64,000 nt of DNA, from the IMG/VR virus record IMGVR_UViG_3300025141_000034, positions 1-64,000 of that record, one strand, 5' to 3'. The DNA comes from a virus. The notes under the pieces were generated by a model. The model was given only the letters and a program-made list of their open reading frames with translations, ran no database searches and was not told where the DNA came from. Each line of letters opens with the position of its first letter. The stretch's first letter is position 1. Made by a program: the position numbers and the translations under genes. This document shows, one piece after another, positions 18,765-27,644 of the stretch.

Positions 18765-19582
18765 TGATAGAAACCACTTTATGTGTGACATCATATAACA
18801 GGCCAAATAAGCTTAAAGAGGTTTTAAGGTCATTTTTTATGACAACCACATATGACCCTAGCAAGCTAGAGGTTATAATAGTTGACAATGGATCTACAGA
18901 TAGCTCTGTTACTGATTTTATTAAAAGCTATAGTCCAGATTGCTCTTATAACTTTATATTAAATGAAAAGAATGACTATCCAAGCTGTCTAAGATATTCA
19001 AAAATTCAAGCTAGAGAGATTGCCAAGGGTGACTTTTATATAGATTGTCCAGATGATCACATTTTTGTTGCTAGGGCATCATGGATTGAAAACTGTATAT
19101 CAAGAATTAAAAGTGATGATACAGTGGGATGTATTAATTACTACGCATACCCGATGTATAGATTTTCAAAACCAAAGAACAAAATGACAATTGATAGTAA
19201 AGCTACTGAGTTTTCTGTTTCTTCTTATAAAGGCTACGCAGATTTTCACATAATGTCGAAGAAAGCGTATAATAAAATAGGAGAATACAAATATAAGCTC
19301 GGTAGAAAGGCTGAAAGTGAGTACATGGATAGATCTTTAAACGAAGGATATTTTAGAAATTTGATGGTTAATCCCGTTGCGATTTGTATGGATGACGGAA
19401 GCTTTGGCGAGGGAAGTTGTGGATTTGAATTAATACGACCAATACCCTCAGATGAATATAATTCAAAGCTAATTGGATTTATGAGAAAGTGTCACCCTGA
19501 TAGAGTTTCACTTCCTATTCACAATGAAGCATTAATAAAGTTTTGCTTACAAGAAGGATATATTAGGATAAAGGATGAGTAA
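18764..19582 (+). CDS. Glycosyltransferase family 2 (GT-A)
   Basis: VTSYNRP, EVIIVDNGSTD, AKGDFYIDCPDD; TAATG overlap. Confidence 0.88.
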   Translation: MIETTLCVTSYNRPNKLKEVLRSFFMTTTYDPSKLEVIIVDNGSTDSSVTDFIKSYSPDCSYNFILNEKNDYPSCLRYSKIQAREIAKGDFYIDCPDDHIFVARASWIENCISRIKSDDTVGCINYYAYPMYRFSKPKNKMTIDSKATEFSVSSYKGYADFHIMSKKAYNKIGEYKYKLGRKAESEYMDRSLNEGYFRNLMVNPVAICMDDGSFGEGSCGFELIRPIPSDEYNSKLIGFMRKCHPDRVSLPIHNEALIKFCLQEGYIRIKDE

Positions 19583-20396
19583 TATTTGGCATGATGATCT
19601 CTGTGAATATTACGGTGTTGATAGAGAAACAGCATTAAAGCTAGGCACAAGATCATCTGGAAGAAAACCAGACCTACCGGGATCTAAAACGTGCAAACCT
19701 ATTTCAGGAATGACATTTGAAGATATTTGGGAGCTAAGGGATCGGACAGATATTGAATCTGTATTTCAGTTTTATGTAGACCAGGGTGCATGGAGCACAT
19801 TCAGACAGTGTGTTAGGCATAAAGATCTTTCACAATTTCATCTAGCAAATCTTGTCCCTGTTCTTAACGCAAGCGAACCAAGAAATGGATTTCATATTTG
19901 TGAATATGGCTGCGGAGTCGCTCCTTTTTTAAATACATTTGTTACATTTTTAAGCCCAGAAACAAGAAATGTTAGACTTTCAATTACAGATATAGCGGAT
20001 TGTGAACACTTTCTTTTTGCTGAGTGGAGATTAAAAAAGAAAATTTTAAATAGATCACTAGATATTGACTTAGACATTAAGCCTGTTATCCCCAGCTCTC
20101 TTCCAACGTATAGTGATAAGCTTGATGTTGTTCTAATATTTGAAGTTCTTGAGCATGTCCCAAGTCCAATTTTGACAATTAAGAATATCTACAATCAGCT
20201 AAATGAAAGAGGGTTTATTTTAGAAAATTTTATTAAGCATTCTGAGGAAGATATTAATGACGACGGTCCTGACTTAGTCTCTGCTGCAAGAGAAAGGGAT
20301 GCATATTATTCGTTCTTAATTGAAAACTTTGATCTTACAGGCGGCGAGCCCCTTAGTCAAAATCAAAATGGAACTAGAATTTGGAGAAAAAAATGA
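19575..20396 (+). CDS. Class I SAM-dependent methyltransferase
   Basis: ICEYGCGVAP, DVVLIFEVLEHVPSP, L..RG. Confidence 0.85.
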   Translation: MSNIWHDDLCEYYGVDRETALKLGTRSSGRKPDLPGSKTCKPISGMTFEDIWELRDRTDIESVFQFYVDQGAWSTFRQCVRHKDLSQFHLANLVPVLNASEPRNGFHICEYGCGVAPFLNTFVTFLSPETRNVRLSITDIADCEHFLFAEWRLKKKILNRSLDIDLDIKPVIPSSLPTYSDKLDVVLIFEVLEHVPSPILTIKNIYNQLNERGFILENFIKHSEEDINDDGPDLVSAARERDAYYSFLIENFDLTGGEPLSQNQNGTRIWRKK

Positions 20397-21154
20397 GAAA
20401 GATTCATATAAAAGAAAAATTAGAAGAAATCGAAGTAGATCTAAGTGAGTTAAAGCTAGGAGACTTTGATCAGATTGGAGAATTTACAGCAAAGAAAAAT
20501 AGATCACCTGGTAGTGATCTCTATAATAATGTTGGATTTTACTTTAGACCAAATTATGAACGGGGTATTTTAATCTATTCATTGATCACTAAGTACAAGT
20601 TGACATCATTTTTAGAGATAGGATTTGGAAGAGGATATTCAACATTCTGTGCTGCTAAGGCGTTTAGTGACATAGGTGTTGCAGGAAAAATAGCCACAAT
20701 AGATGTAAACTTTGATGAGAATCTATTAAACGGTCTAACACAAGTTTTTCCAAAGCAGTGGTTTAATATGATAGAGTTTAAGAGAGGGACTTCTTCATCA
20801 GTCTTACCTCAAATTAAGGAAAATTTTGACATGATCTATATTGATGGTGATCACACATATGATGCAGTAAAGAGTGATTGGGAAAATTGTAAGGATAAGT
20901 TTAATGCATTTCTTCTATTTGATGACTACCACCTTCCGACAAAAGATAGTGGTCCAGGAATTGAGTGTGCAAAATTAATAGATGAGATAGAAGACGAGGA
21001 AAAAGACTTCATAATAATGGATAGAAGAATATTTTTGGATGATAGGGGATATAGTGACGATGAGATAGATTATGGTCAAGTTCTTTTGACAAGAGAGTAT
21101 GAATCTGAAATGATTAAAGAAAGAGTCTATATAGAAGACTGGTTAAATACCTGA
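20393..21154 (+). CDS. Class I SAM-dependent methyltransferase (Methyltransf_24-like)
   Basis: FLEIGFGRGYST, FDMIYIDGDHTYDAVKSD, LFDDY; ATGA overlap at 20393. Confidence 0.9.
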   Translation: MRKIHIKEKLEEIEVDLSELKLGDFDQIGEFTAKKNRSPGSDLYNNVGFYFRPNYERGILIYSLITKYKLTSFLEIGFGRGYSTFCAAKAFSDIGVAGKIATIDVNFDENLLNGLTQVFPKQWFNMIEFKRGTSSSVLPQIKENFDMIYIDGDHTYDAVKSDWENCKDKFNAFLLFDDYHLPTKDSGPGIECAKLIDEIEDEEKDFIIMDRRIFLDDRGYSDDEIDYGQVLLTREYESEMIKERVYIEDWLNT

Positions 21155-21166
21155 CCGGGAGCTTGG

Positions 21167-22294
21167 GTGAATATTGGATTCTTTATAGACAAGGCTCAAA
21201 CTGTACAGTTAATTTTAGGCCTTTTGATAGAATCAAAGAGAAGGGGTCATGAATGTGGTGTATTTTCCACATGCGATCCTAGCTGTCTATCTTCTGAAAT
21301 GCACAGTCAAATTGACATATCTGGAGTTAGCTGGCATGTGAGACGGGACAGGCACTCACTTAAAGATTGTGTATTATCAAATGCTGACATGTATCATGCA
21401 ATGGTTGGGATAAATCTATTTAACAATATCTGGAGAGACGTCTACGAGACGAGAAATATACCCACAACTGTATATTCTGTTGAATATTGCTGGAATGAGA
21501 TCTACAATCACAGATCTGACTATAACGGTAATTCAACACTCTTTTCTAATAGTGAGTGGACAAAAAATGTAATCGAAGATCTCACGGGATACTCAAATAT
21601 TAAATTTCTCGGAAGTCCTTGGTTTGAGCTCATTAAGAGATTTCGTGTAGAAAAAAAAGATAGAAAAGAAAATAGATTTATTACATTCATGTCTCCTCAC
21701 AATAGCTTTATTAATAACTACCCTGGGTTTTTAAATAAGACTAGAGTCTTTTTAGAGTGTCTAAGAGGGTATTGTGACAAGAAGGGTTACGGTCTCGTTC
21801 TTAAGACGAGAAATAAATACGGTCATAAACTTGACAAGGTTGTGAATTTTGATAGCGTAATTTCAGATAATAAGGCTCTATCACATCTCTGTCTATACGC
21901 AAATTCTGAATGTGTTATTAATTTTTCATCTTCTACAATTAATGAGCTGTCATTTTTAGAGGTCCCAAGTCTATGTGTATTTCCAGATTTTCATGCAAAC
22001 CTTCACAAGGAAAGAGATAATCTATTTAGAGCAATGTCAAAAATTAATGAGAAATATTATTCAGGAGATATATTCGACGGCATTCACACAGACATGATAG
22101 AGTCCGGTGAGTTTCACAGCAATGATCAATTTAGAGATAAGATGAGTGACAATATGGAGAAACTCGATAATCTTATACTTTCAAATAAGAGAGACTGGCA
22201 AAGTTTTCAAAAAACATATTTTCCAGGAAATCATGAAAATTCATCAGGTAGGATTCTCGACTATATTGAAAAACAATGCTTCAAAAAAGTATAA
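21167..22294 (+). CDS. GT-B fold transferase (CDP-glycerol glycerophosphotransferase / sialyltransferase-like)
   Basis: LGSPWF, VLKTR, INFSSSTINELSFLEVP, SSGRILDYIE C-terminus. Confidence 0.55.
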   Translation: MNIGFFIDKAQTVQLILGLLIESKRRGHECGVFSTCDPSCLSSEMHSQIDISGVSWHVRRDRHSLKDCVLSNADMYHAMVGINLFNNIWRDVYETRNIPTTVYSVEYCWNEIYNHRSDYNGNSTLFSNSEWTKNVIEDLTGYSNIKFLGSPWFELIKRFRVEKKDRKENRFITFMSPHNSFINNYPGFLNKTRVFLECLRGYCDKKGYGLVLKTRNKYGHKLDKVVNFDSVISDNKALSHLCLYANSECVINFSSSTINELSFLEVPSLCVFPDFHANLHKERDNLFRAMSKINEKYYSGDIFDGIHTDMIESGEFHSNDQFRDKMSDNMEKLDNLILSNKRDWQSFQKTYFPGNHENSSGRILDYIEKQCFKKV

Positions 22295-23289
22295 ATCTTC
22301 AATTAAGAACAAACGGCTTATTAAACTGGTTCTTACTACCTAGATCAAACTGTCTTAATGATCAGCCAGGATTTGTTAAAGATTTAATATCTAGCTCTAT
22401 TTTTACAGCCTACGATCACTTGAGACCTGAGGATTTTAATACAGTTAATTTTGAACATAAGCTTATACAGCTAGATAGATCAAAATATAAATCTAAATTT
22501 CTTAGTCCGGTTTTAGAAATTTCTGATACACTCATAGACGCGTGTGGAGAGTATATTAGTGATTTTATATTGCATGGTAGCCTATCAACTCTTGATTTCA
22601 TTCAAGGGTGGAGTGATTTTGACAGTATTGTCATTATTAAAGATGAAACCTTAAAAGATCCTGTAAAGATGAAAAGATTAAGAGCAGTATCTCTTCATGT
22701 AGACAGGATTATTAAAAAAATTGACAATCATCAGCACCACGGTATCCACTTTATAGCTGAAAAAGATCTTTTAATGTATCCTGATCTCTACCTTCCGCAT
22801 AATCTCTTTAAGAGTGGTACATCTCTTATGGGAAAATCTAAGATTTTAGGAAAACTAAGAGATTCAAAAAAAGAACAAGCTGATAGATTTAATTCAATCT
22901 ATGCAACATTTAAAAATGCATATGGTGGTGGTACATTACAGCATCACGCCATCGATGGTGTATATCTTATGAATAACTTTAGAAATCATTCAAACGGAAT
23001 GTATCAGTTAAAGTATTTTTTATCTGTCATTGTTATCCTTCCCTCCTATTTTATGAACATTACGGGAGTTAATCTCTCTAAATCAGATTCAATCGTAGCA
23101 TGTAGAGAGATTATTAGCGAAAATAATTTTGAGATAATTGACAGGGCAACAGCAATAAGAAATATGTGGAATACACATCCAGTTGTTTCTAATTCAATTC
23201 CTGATAGTGTTAGGGAAATATTGGGTAAAAACTACTTTTTTAGAGGGTATAATCTTATTAAGGAAATGAAAGAACATCTAGGCATCTAA
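22276..23289 (+). CDS. Pol-beta-fold nucleotidyltransferase
   Basis: ILHGSLSTLDFIQGWSDFDSIVII (GS...SDxD motif). Confidence 0.7.
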   Translation: MLQKSINLQLRTNGLLNWFLLPRSNCLNDQPGFVKDLISSSIFTAYDHLRPEDFNTVNFEHKLIQLDRSKYKSKFLSPVLEISDTLIDACGEYISDFILHGSLSTLDFIQGWSDFDSIVIIKDETLKDPVKMKRLRAVSLHVDRIIKKIDNHQHHGIHFIAEKDLLMYPDLYLPHNLFKSGTSLMGKSKILGKLRDSKKEQADRFNSIYATFKNAYGGGTLQHHAIDGVYLMNNFRNHSNGMYQLKYFLSVIVILPSYFMNITGVNLSKSDSIVACREIISENNFEIIDRATAIRNMWNTHPVVSNSIPDSVREILGKNYFFRGYNLIKEMKEHLGI

Positions 23290-23290
23290 G

Positions 23291-24151
23291 TTGGAAACAA
23301 GAGAAGATTATGATAGTGCAATTTTAGAGTTCTGCAGGGACAATCCAACCCTTCAGGTCTATCAGGTTGGTGATATTTCTCATCCTGGAATTTCTGATTT
23401 AGACTTTATAGTTCTTGACTCTAAGCCGAGAATTAGTGAAAAGGTTGCTCACTTTCTTCAGGGTGGAAATGTTATTATCATGCCATCAAGAATCTTTTCT
23501 AAGATAAATTATATTGAAAAATTTAATCTCAATCTTATTCAAGGTGTAGACATACCTGTTGAGGACGTTAGATCAGAATATTTTGATCTCATAGAGATTC
23601 TTGAGTGGCTTCCTGAGAGAATTTTACTAATTGAATCTCTTTTACAAGACTGGTGTGTGAGTGACAGAAGAATTCTTTTGCTCCTGAAGTCTATTGATAG
23701 AAGTATTAAGAAGATTGAGAAAATGACACTTTCTCACTTTAGCAGGTCTTCAATACTTGATGTAAGAAGAGACTATAAGCACTTTGATCTTAAAAGAGTT
23801 TGCTATGAATATCGTAATGCAGCTGAAAATGCTTGGTATACATTTTCTTCAAGCATGAAGGCGATATCAGGTAATTTATCAGGCACAGTGTCTATTTCTA
23901 ACCACTATGCATTTAAAAATAGATTTCATAAGCTAATGATTTATTTTGACATGCTCTCAGATTTAAACCTTGATATTTCAAAATCTTTAAATGAGTGTAT
24001 TCAAATTGAGCATAGTGATTATTATATTAATGACAACTTTAAAAGTTTTGCACTTAATCGATGGAATATTCTAAATGATACTTTTTGCTGGTTTAAAGAG
24101 AATAATATTGATTCAGGAATGGTAAAGTATGGGTGGTTTCTCAAAAAATAA
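23291..24151 (+). CDS. Pol-beta-fold nucleotidyltransferase-like protein
   Basis: VYQVGDISHPGISDLDFIVL motif near the N-terminus; TTG start. Confidence 0.6.
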   Translation: METREDYDSAILEFCRDNPTLQVYQVGDISHPGISDLDFIVLDSKPRISEKVAHFLQGGNVIIMPSRIFSKINYIEKFNLNLIQGVDIPVEDVRSEYFDLIEILEWLPERILLIESLLQDWCVSDRRILLLLKSIDRSIKKIEKMTLSHFSRSSILDVRRDYKHFDLKRVCYEYRNAAENAWYTFSSSMKAISGNLSGTVSISNHYAFKNRFHKLMIYFDMLSDLNLDISKSLNECIQIEHSDYYINDNFKSFALNRWNILNDTFCWFKENNIDSGMVKYGWFLKK

Positions 24152-25307
24152 AGCCCAGGTGCTAGCAGTTCACTGTGTGGACACAGAAGGACCTATAGGG
24201 GGAGATGTTAGGAGAAGGCCAGATGGGTCCAAAGAATTTATGGACAACTGGAAAGATATAAAGAGCTCACTATCAGACATAACATCTGATAAATTTAGAT
24301 TTGATGCTAGAGATTCTTTTGGAAATTATTTTATTCTAAATTGGTTCATCATGGACTTTATGGGCTTTAAGAGTAACCCCAAGAATAGAATTGAAAAATA
24401 TAATGACACATATGACAACATTAAATCGCTAAGGACAGATTGTGACCACTTTTACTGGCACTATCACCAGCCCCCAAGGAGCGGAATGGGTGATCAGTGG
24501 TCTGACGACTGGAATAGTTCTGACATACACTATCAGATACTTGGGCATAGGCTTATTGAGAGAGAAGACTTTCCAGAAGCATTTAGAGCCGGTGGAACAA
24601 TAGAAGATAATAAGTGCTCCCTATGGCTTGAAGACAATTTAATGCTCGACTACTCCAACAGGGTCTCACACACCTCAGCTAAGACAGATGATATTTTTGA
24701 CTTTAACTGGTTTTATGCTCCTCGTCACTGGGGATATTATCACCCAAGTAGAAGTGATCTATTTTCTCCTGGAAGGATGAGAAGATACGTCGTCAGATCT
24801 GTTGACTTAAGATCTAGACTTCACGAGCTTCAACAGTGGGAGGTTGATGAGGCATTTGGGTATGCTAAGCAGAATAACTGTCCCATTATTCTTTCATATT
24901 TTAGTCATGATCATAGGGATATGAGAGATGAAACTCATTACGCTATAGAATTGATAAGAAATGCTTCTAGAAAGTTTGACGTCCCATTTAGATGGTCAGG
25001 GGCAAAAGAAGCCATTCAAATATGTGAAGACATAAGACCGATCGAGGTAAAGATTGGACTAGAGAGATGGTCAAATAATAGATTAATGATAACATTCCGA
25101 AGCCAGATATTTCAGAGCAATCCGTTTGTTTTCACACAGAAGAGAAACGGTGATATAGTATTCCACAAGCTTGATCTGGAGATTTGTCCTGCGTGTCCGT
25201 ATTACCTCTTAAGGTGTTTCTTTAAACATGAAGAGGATGATGTTAAAATTGGAATCGCATGTACTTCAATGACAGGTGATAAGTCAATTCTCGTGGAGGA
25301 TCTTTGA
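24129..25307 (+). CDS. Hypothetical protein, possible polysaccharide deacetylase/hydrolase (NodB-like barrel)
   Basis: VHCVDTEGP, WHYH, FRAGG, DYS, SHDHRD: metal-binding pattern reminiscent of CE4-like folds. Confidence 0.45.
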   Translation: MGGFSKNKAQVLAVHCVDTEGPIGGDVRRRPDGSKEFMDNWKDIKSSLSDITSDKFRFDARDSFGNYFILNWFIMDFMGFKSNPKNRIEKYNDTYDNIKSLRTDCDHFYWHYHQPPRSGMGDQWSDDWNSSDIHYQILGHRLIEREDFPEAFRAGGTIEDNKCSLWLEDNLMLDYSNRVSHTSAKTDDIFDFNWFYAPRHWGYYHPSRSDLFSPGRMRRYVVRSVDLRSRLHELQQWEVDEAFGYAKQNNCPIILSYFSHDHRDMRDETHYAIELIRNASRKFDVPFRWSGAKEAIQICEDIRPIEVKIGLERWSNNRLMITFRSQIFQSNPFVFTQKRNGDIVFHKLDLEICPACPYYLLRCFFKHEEDDVKIGIACTSMTGDKSILVEDL

Positions 25308-25921
25308 AGATAGTTTGTATCATACCAGCAAGGGGAGGGAGCAAGAGGCTCCCAAGGAAAAATATCTATCCTATTCTTGGTAAGCCCTTAGTCTGCTGGT
25401 CAATTGAAGCATGCCTGGAAAGTAAGCATCTTAATTATGAAAATATATTTGTTAGCACAGAAGATCAGGAGATAAAGGATGTTGTAGAGGCTCGAGGAAT
25501 AAAGGTCATAGATAGACCAAAAAACCTTTCAGAAGACAATGTCTGGACACAGGAGGTGTTATCTCATGCTCAAAGATTTTTAAATAATTCAGGTATAGAC
25601 TTTGACATAATGGTGAGAATCCAGGCAAACTCTCCACAAATAGAGTCTAAGAAGATAGATGAGTGTATTGAAAAGCTAATTGATAAAGAGCTGTGGGAGG
25701 TATTTACAGTTGACAAAGATGGAATTGAAGATGCAGCCATACACGTTCTTTTGAAAAGGTGTGTCAATCAAAAGGCACTTAGTGTGTATAAGGGCATTGT
25801 AAGGACTGACTATATTGATGTCCACGAGAAAGAAGATATTTACCTTGTTGAAAAAGAGATCTCTAAGAGAGACAGGGTGAAAATAATGGATTCTGAATAC
25901 GATATAGTGAAAAATGATTAA
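25304..25921 (+). CDS. neuA: Acylneuraminate (CMP-nonulosonate) cytidylyltransferase, compact
   Basis: IIPARGGSKRLPRKN, VSTED, RP..LS.D, QANSP, IDV...ED; TTGA overlap. Confidence 0.88.
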   Translation: MKIVCIIPARGGSKRLPRKNIYPILGKPLVCWSIEACLESKHLNYENIFVSTEDQEIKDVVEARGIKVIDRPKNLSEDNVWTQEVLSHAQRFLNNSGIDFDIMVRIQANSPQIESKKIDECIEKLIDKELWEVFTVDKDGIEDAAIHVLLKRCVNQKALSVYKGIVRTDYIDVHEKEDIYLVEKEISKRDRVKIMDSEYDIVKND

Positions 25922-26573
25922 AGTTAGTGTCATTATCACGTGTTTTAACTTAGAGGGGTATATAGCAAGATCAATAAATAGCTGTCTAAATCAAACGTTA
26001 CCAGAAGATTCTTATGAAGTTATAGTTGTAGACGATATGTCTACTGATAGATCATGGGATGTTATTTCTGGATTTGGAAGCCTTGTGAGTACAGTAAGGA
26101 TGAATAGAAATTCAGGTGTCTCTGCAGCTTCTAATGCTGGTATCAAATTTGCTTCTGGAAGATACGTTGTCCGTGTCGACGGTGATGATTTTATAAATAA
26201 GAATTTTCTTCTCTCAATGTCTGAAGTGCTAGAGTGGAATGAGGATATCGGATTTGTCTACTGTGATCACATTATTGTCAATGAAAATCTTGAGAGAAAG
26301 CAGGAAATAAACACTCTCGAGATGCTTTTAGATCACGGTGCTGGTGTCATGTTTAGGAAAAAATATCTAGAATCTATAGGTCTCTATGATGAGTCACTAA
26401 GAAATAGAGAGGACTATGATCTCATTCTAAGATACATTAAGAACTTTAATGGGTACCATTTAAGGCTACCGTACTACAGATACTTTAAGAGATCTGGAAG
26501 CCTCTCTAGCAAGATTGAAGAAAGAGAGATTCTTAAGAAAAAAATAGATGAGGATCAAAATGTCACCAGTTGA
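25914..26573 (+). CDS. Glycosyltransferase family 2 (GT-A)
   Basis: VSVIITCFN, EVIVVDDMSTD, N.GVSAASN.G, RVDGDD, EDYDLILR. Confidence 0.93.
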   Translation: MIKVSVIITCFNLEGYIARSINSCLNQTLPEDSYEVIVVDDMSTDRSWDVISGFGSLVSTVRMNRNSGVSAASNAGIKFASGRYVVRVDGDDFINKNFLLSMSEVLEWNEDIGFVYCDHIIVNENLERKQEINTLEMLLDHGAGVMFRKKYLESIGLYDESLRNREDYDLILRYIKNFNGYHLRLPYYRYFKRSGSLSSKIEEREILKKKIDEDQNVTS

Positions 26574-27612
26574 TGAACTATGGGCTCGAATTACTTCTGG
26601 TGATCCATTTTTTATTGCAGAGGCAGGTGTTAATCACTTAGGGTCACTAGAGCTTGGTGAGCTATTGATAAGAGAGGCAGCCCAGGCTGGTGCACATGCT
26701 ATTAAGTTTCAGTCCTACAAGGCTAAAAATCTTTGCACAAAAGATGCACCTAGATTTTGGGATTGGGATGGTGAAATAGAGAAAGAGGGATCTCAATTTG
26801 ACTCGTATTCTCATCTAGATTCATTTGGTGAGAAGGAGCACTTAGAGCTAAAGAGGCTCTGTGATTCCTATAAAATAGAGTTTATGTCAACTCCTTTTGA
26901 TGATGAAGCTACAGACTATCTTGATAGAGTTGGAATTAGAGCGTATAAGATTGCCTCATGTGATCTGACAAATCATCCGCTTTTAAAAAATGTAGCACCC
27001 AAGGGAAAGATAGTCATGCTATCTACTGGTGCCGGATCTATTGACGAGATAAAGTCAGCAGTCAGTGTATTAAAAGAGGGTACTGATAAAATTGTTGTGA
27101 TGCACTGCAATCTCAAATATCCAACAGAAGATCATGAAATTAATCTAAGAATGATAGAGCACCTGAAAGAGGAGTTTCCAGAGTGTGTGATAGGCCTATC
27201 AGATCACACAATGAATCTCTGGACGCCTGCATTTGCTTATGCTCTCGGTGCAACAGTATTTGAGAAGCACTACACTGTAGACAAGACTCTTGGAAAAAGT
27301 GCAGATCACTGGCTTTCTGTAGATCCGACAGAAGTTAGCAAGATTATTGAAAATATAAATCTTGCTGTAACACTTTTGGGATCTCGTGAGAAGAAGTGTA
27401 CTGAGAGCGAGGAGAGGGCAAGACTCTATGCTAGAAGAAGCATAGTCTCTACTTCAGAGATTAAGAAGGGCGAGATGCTTACAGATAAAAATATGTCGTG
27501 TAAGCGACCAGGTACCGGTCTCTCACCAGCCATGCTACATAAGATTTTAGGAAGATTTGCCTCTAGAGACATCTCAGATGATCAAATTTTAACAATGGAT
27601 GATATAGAATGA
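26560..27612 (+). CDS. neuB: N-acetylneuraminate/nonulosonate synthase with C-terminal SAF domain
   Basis: FIAEAGVNHLGS, AIKFQ, STPFD, KIASCDLTN, LSTG, HC...YP, GLSDHT, EKHYT, RRSI, KRPGTG. ATG 26560 follows GAGGA. Confidence 0.95.
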   Translation: MSPVDELWARITSGDPFFIAEAGVNHLGSLELGELLIREAAQAGAHAIKFQSYKAKNLCTKDAPRFWDWDGEIEKEGSQFDSYSHLDSFGEKEHLELKRLCDSYKIEFMSTPFDDEATDYLDRVGIRAYKIASCDLTNHPLLKNVAPKGKIVMLSTGAGSIDEIKSAVSVLKEGTDKIVVMHCNLKYPTEDHEINLRMIEHLKEEFPECVIGLSDHTMNLWTPAFAYALGATVFEKHYTVDKTLGKSADHWLSVDPTEVSKIIENINLAVTLLGSREKKCTESEERARLYARRSIVSTSEIKKGEMLTDKNMSCKRPGTGLSPAMLHKILGRFASRDISDDQILTMDDIE

Positions 27613-27644
27613 ACTTAAAAGAAATTACACCCAAGGGATAAGAT

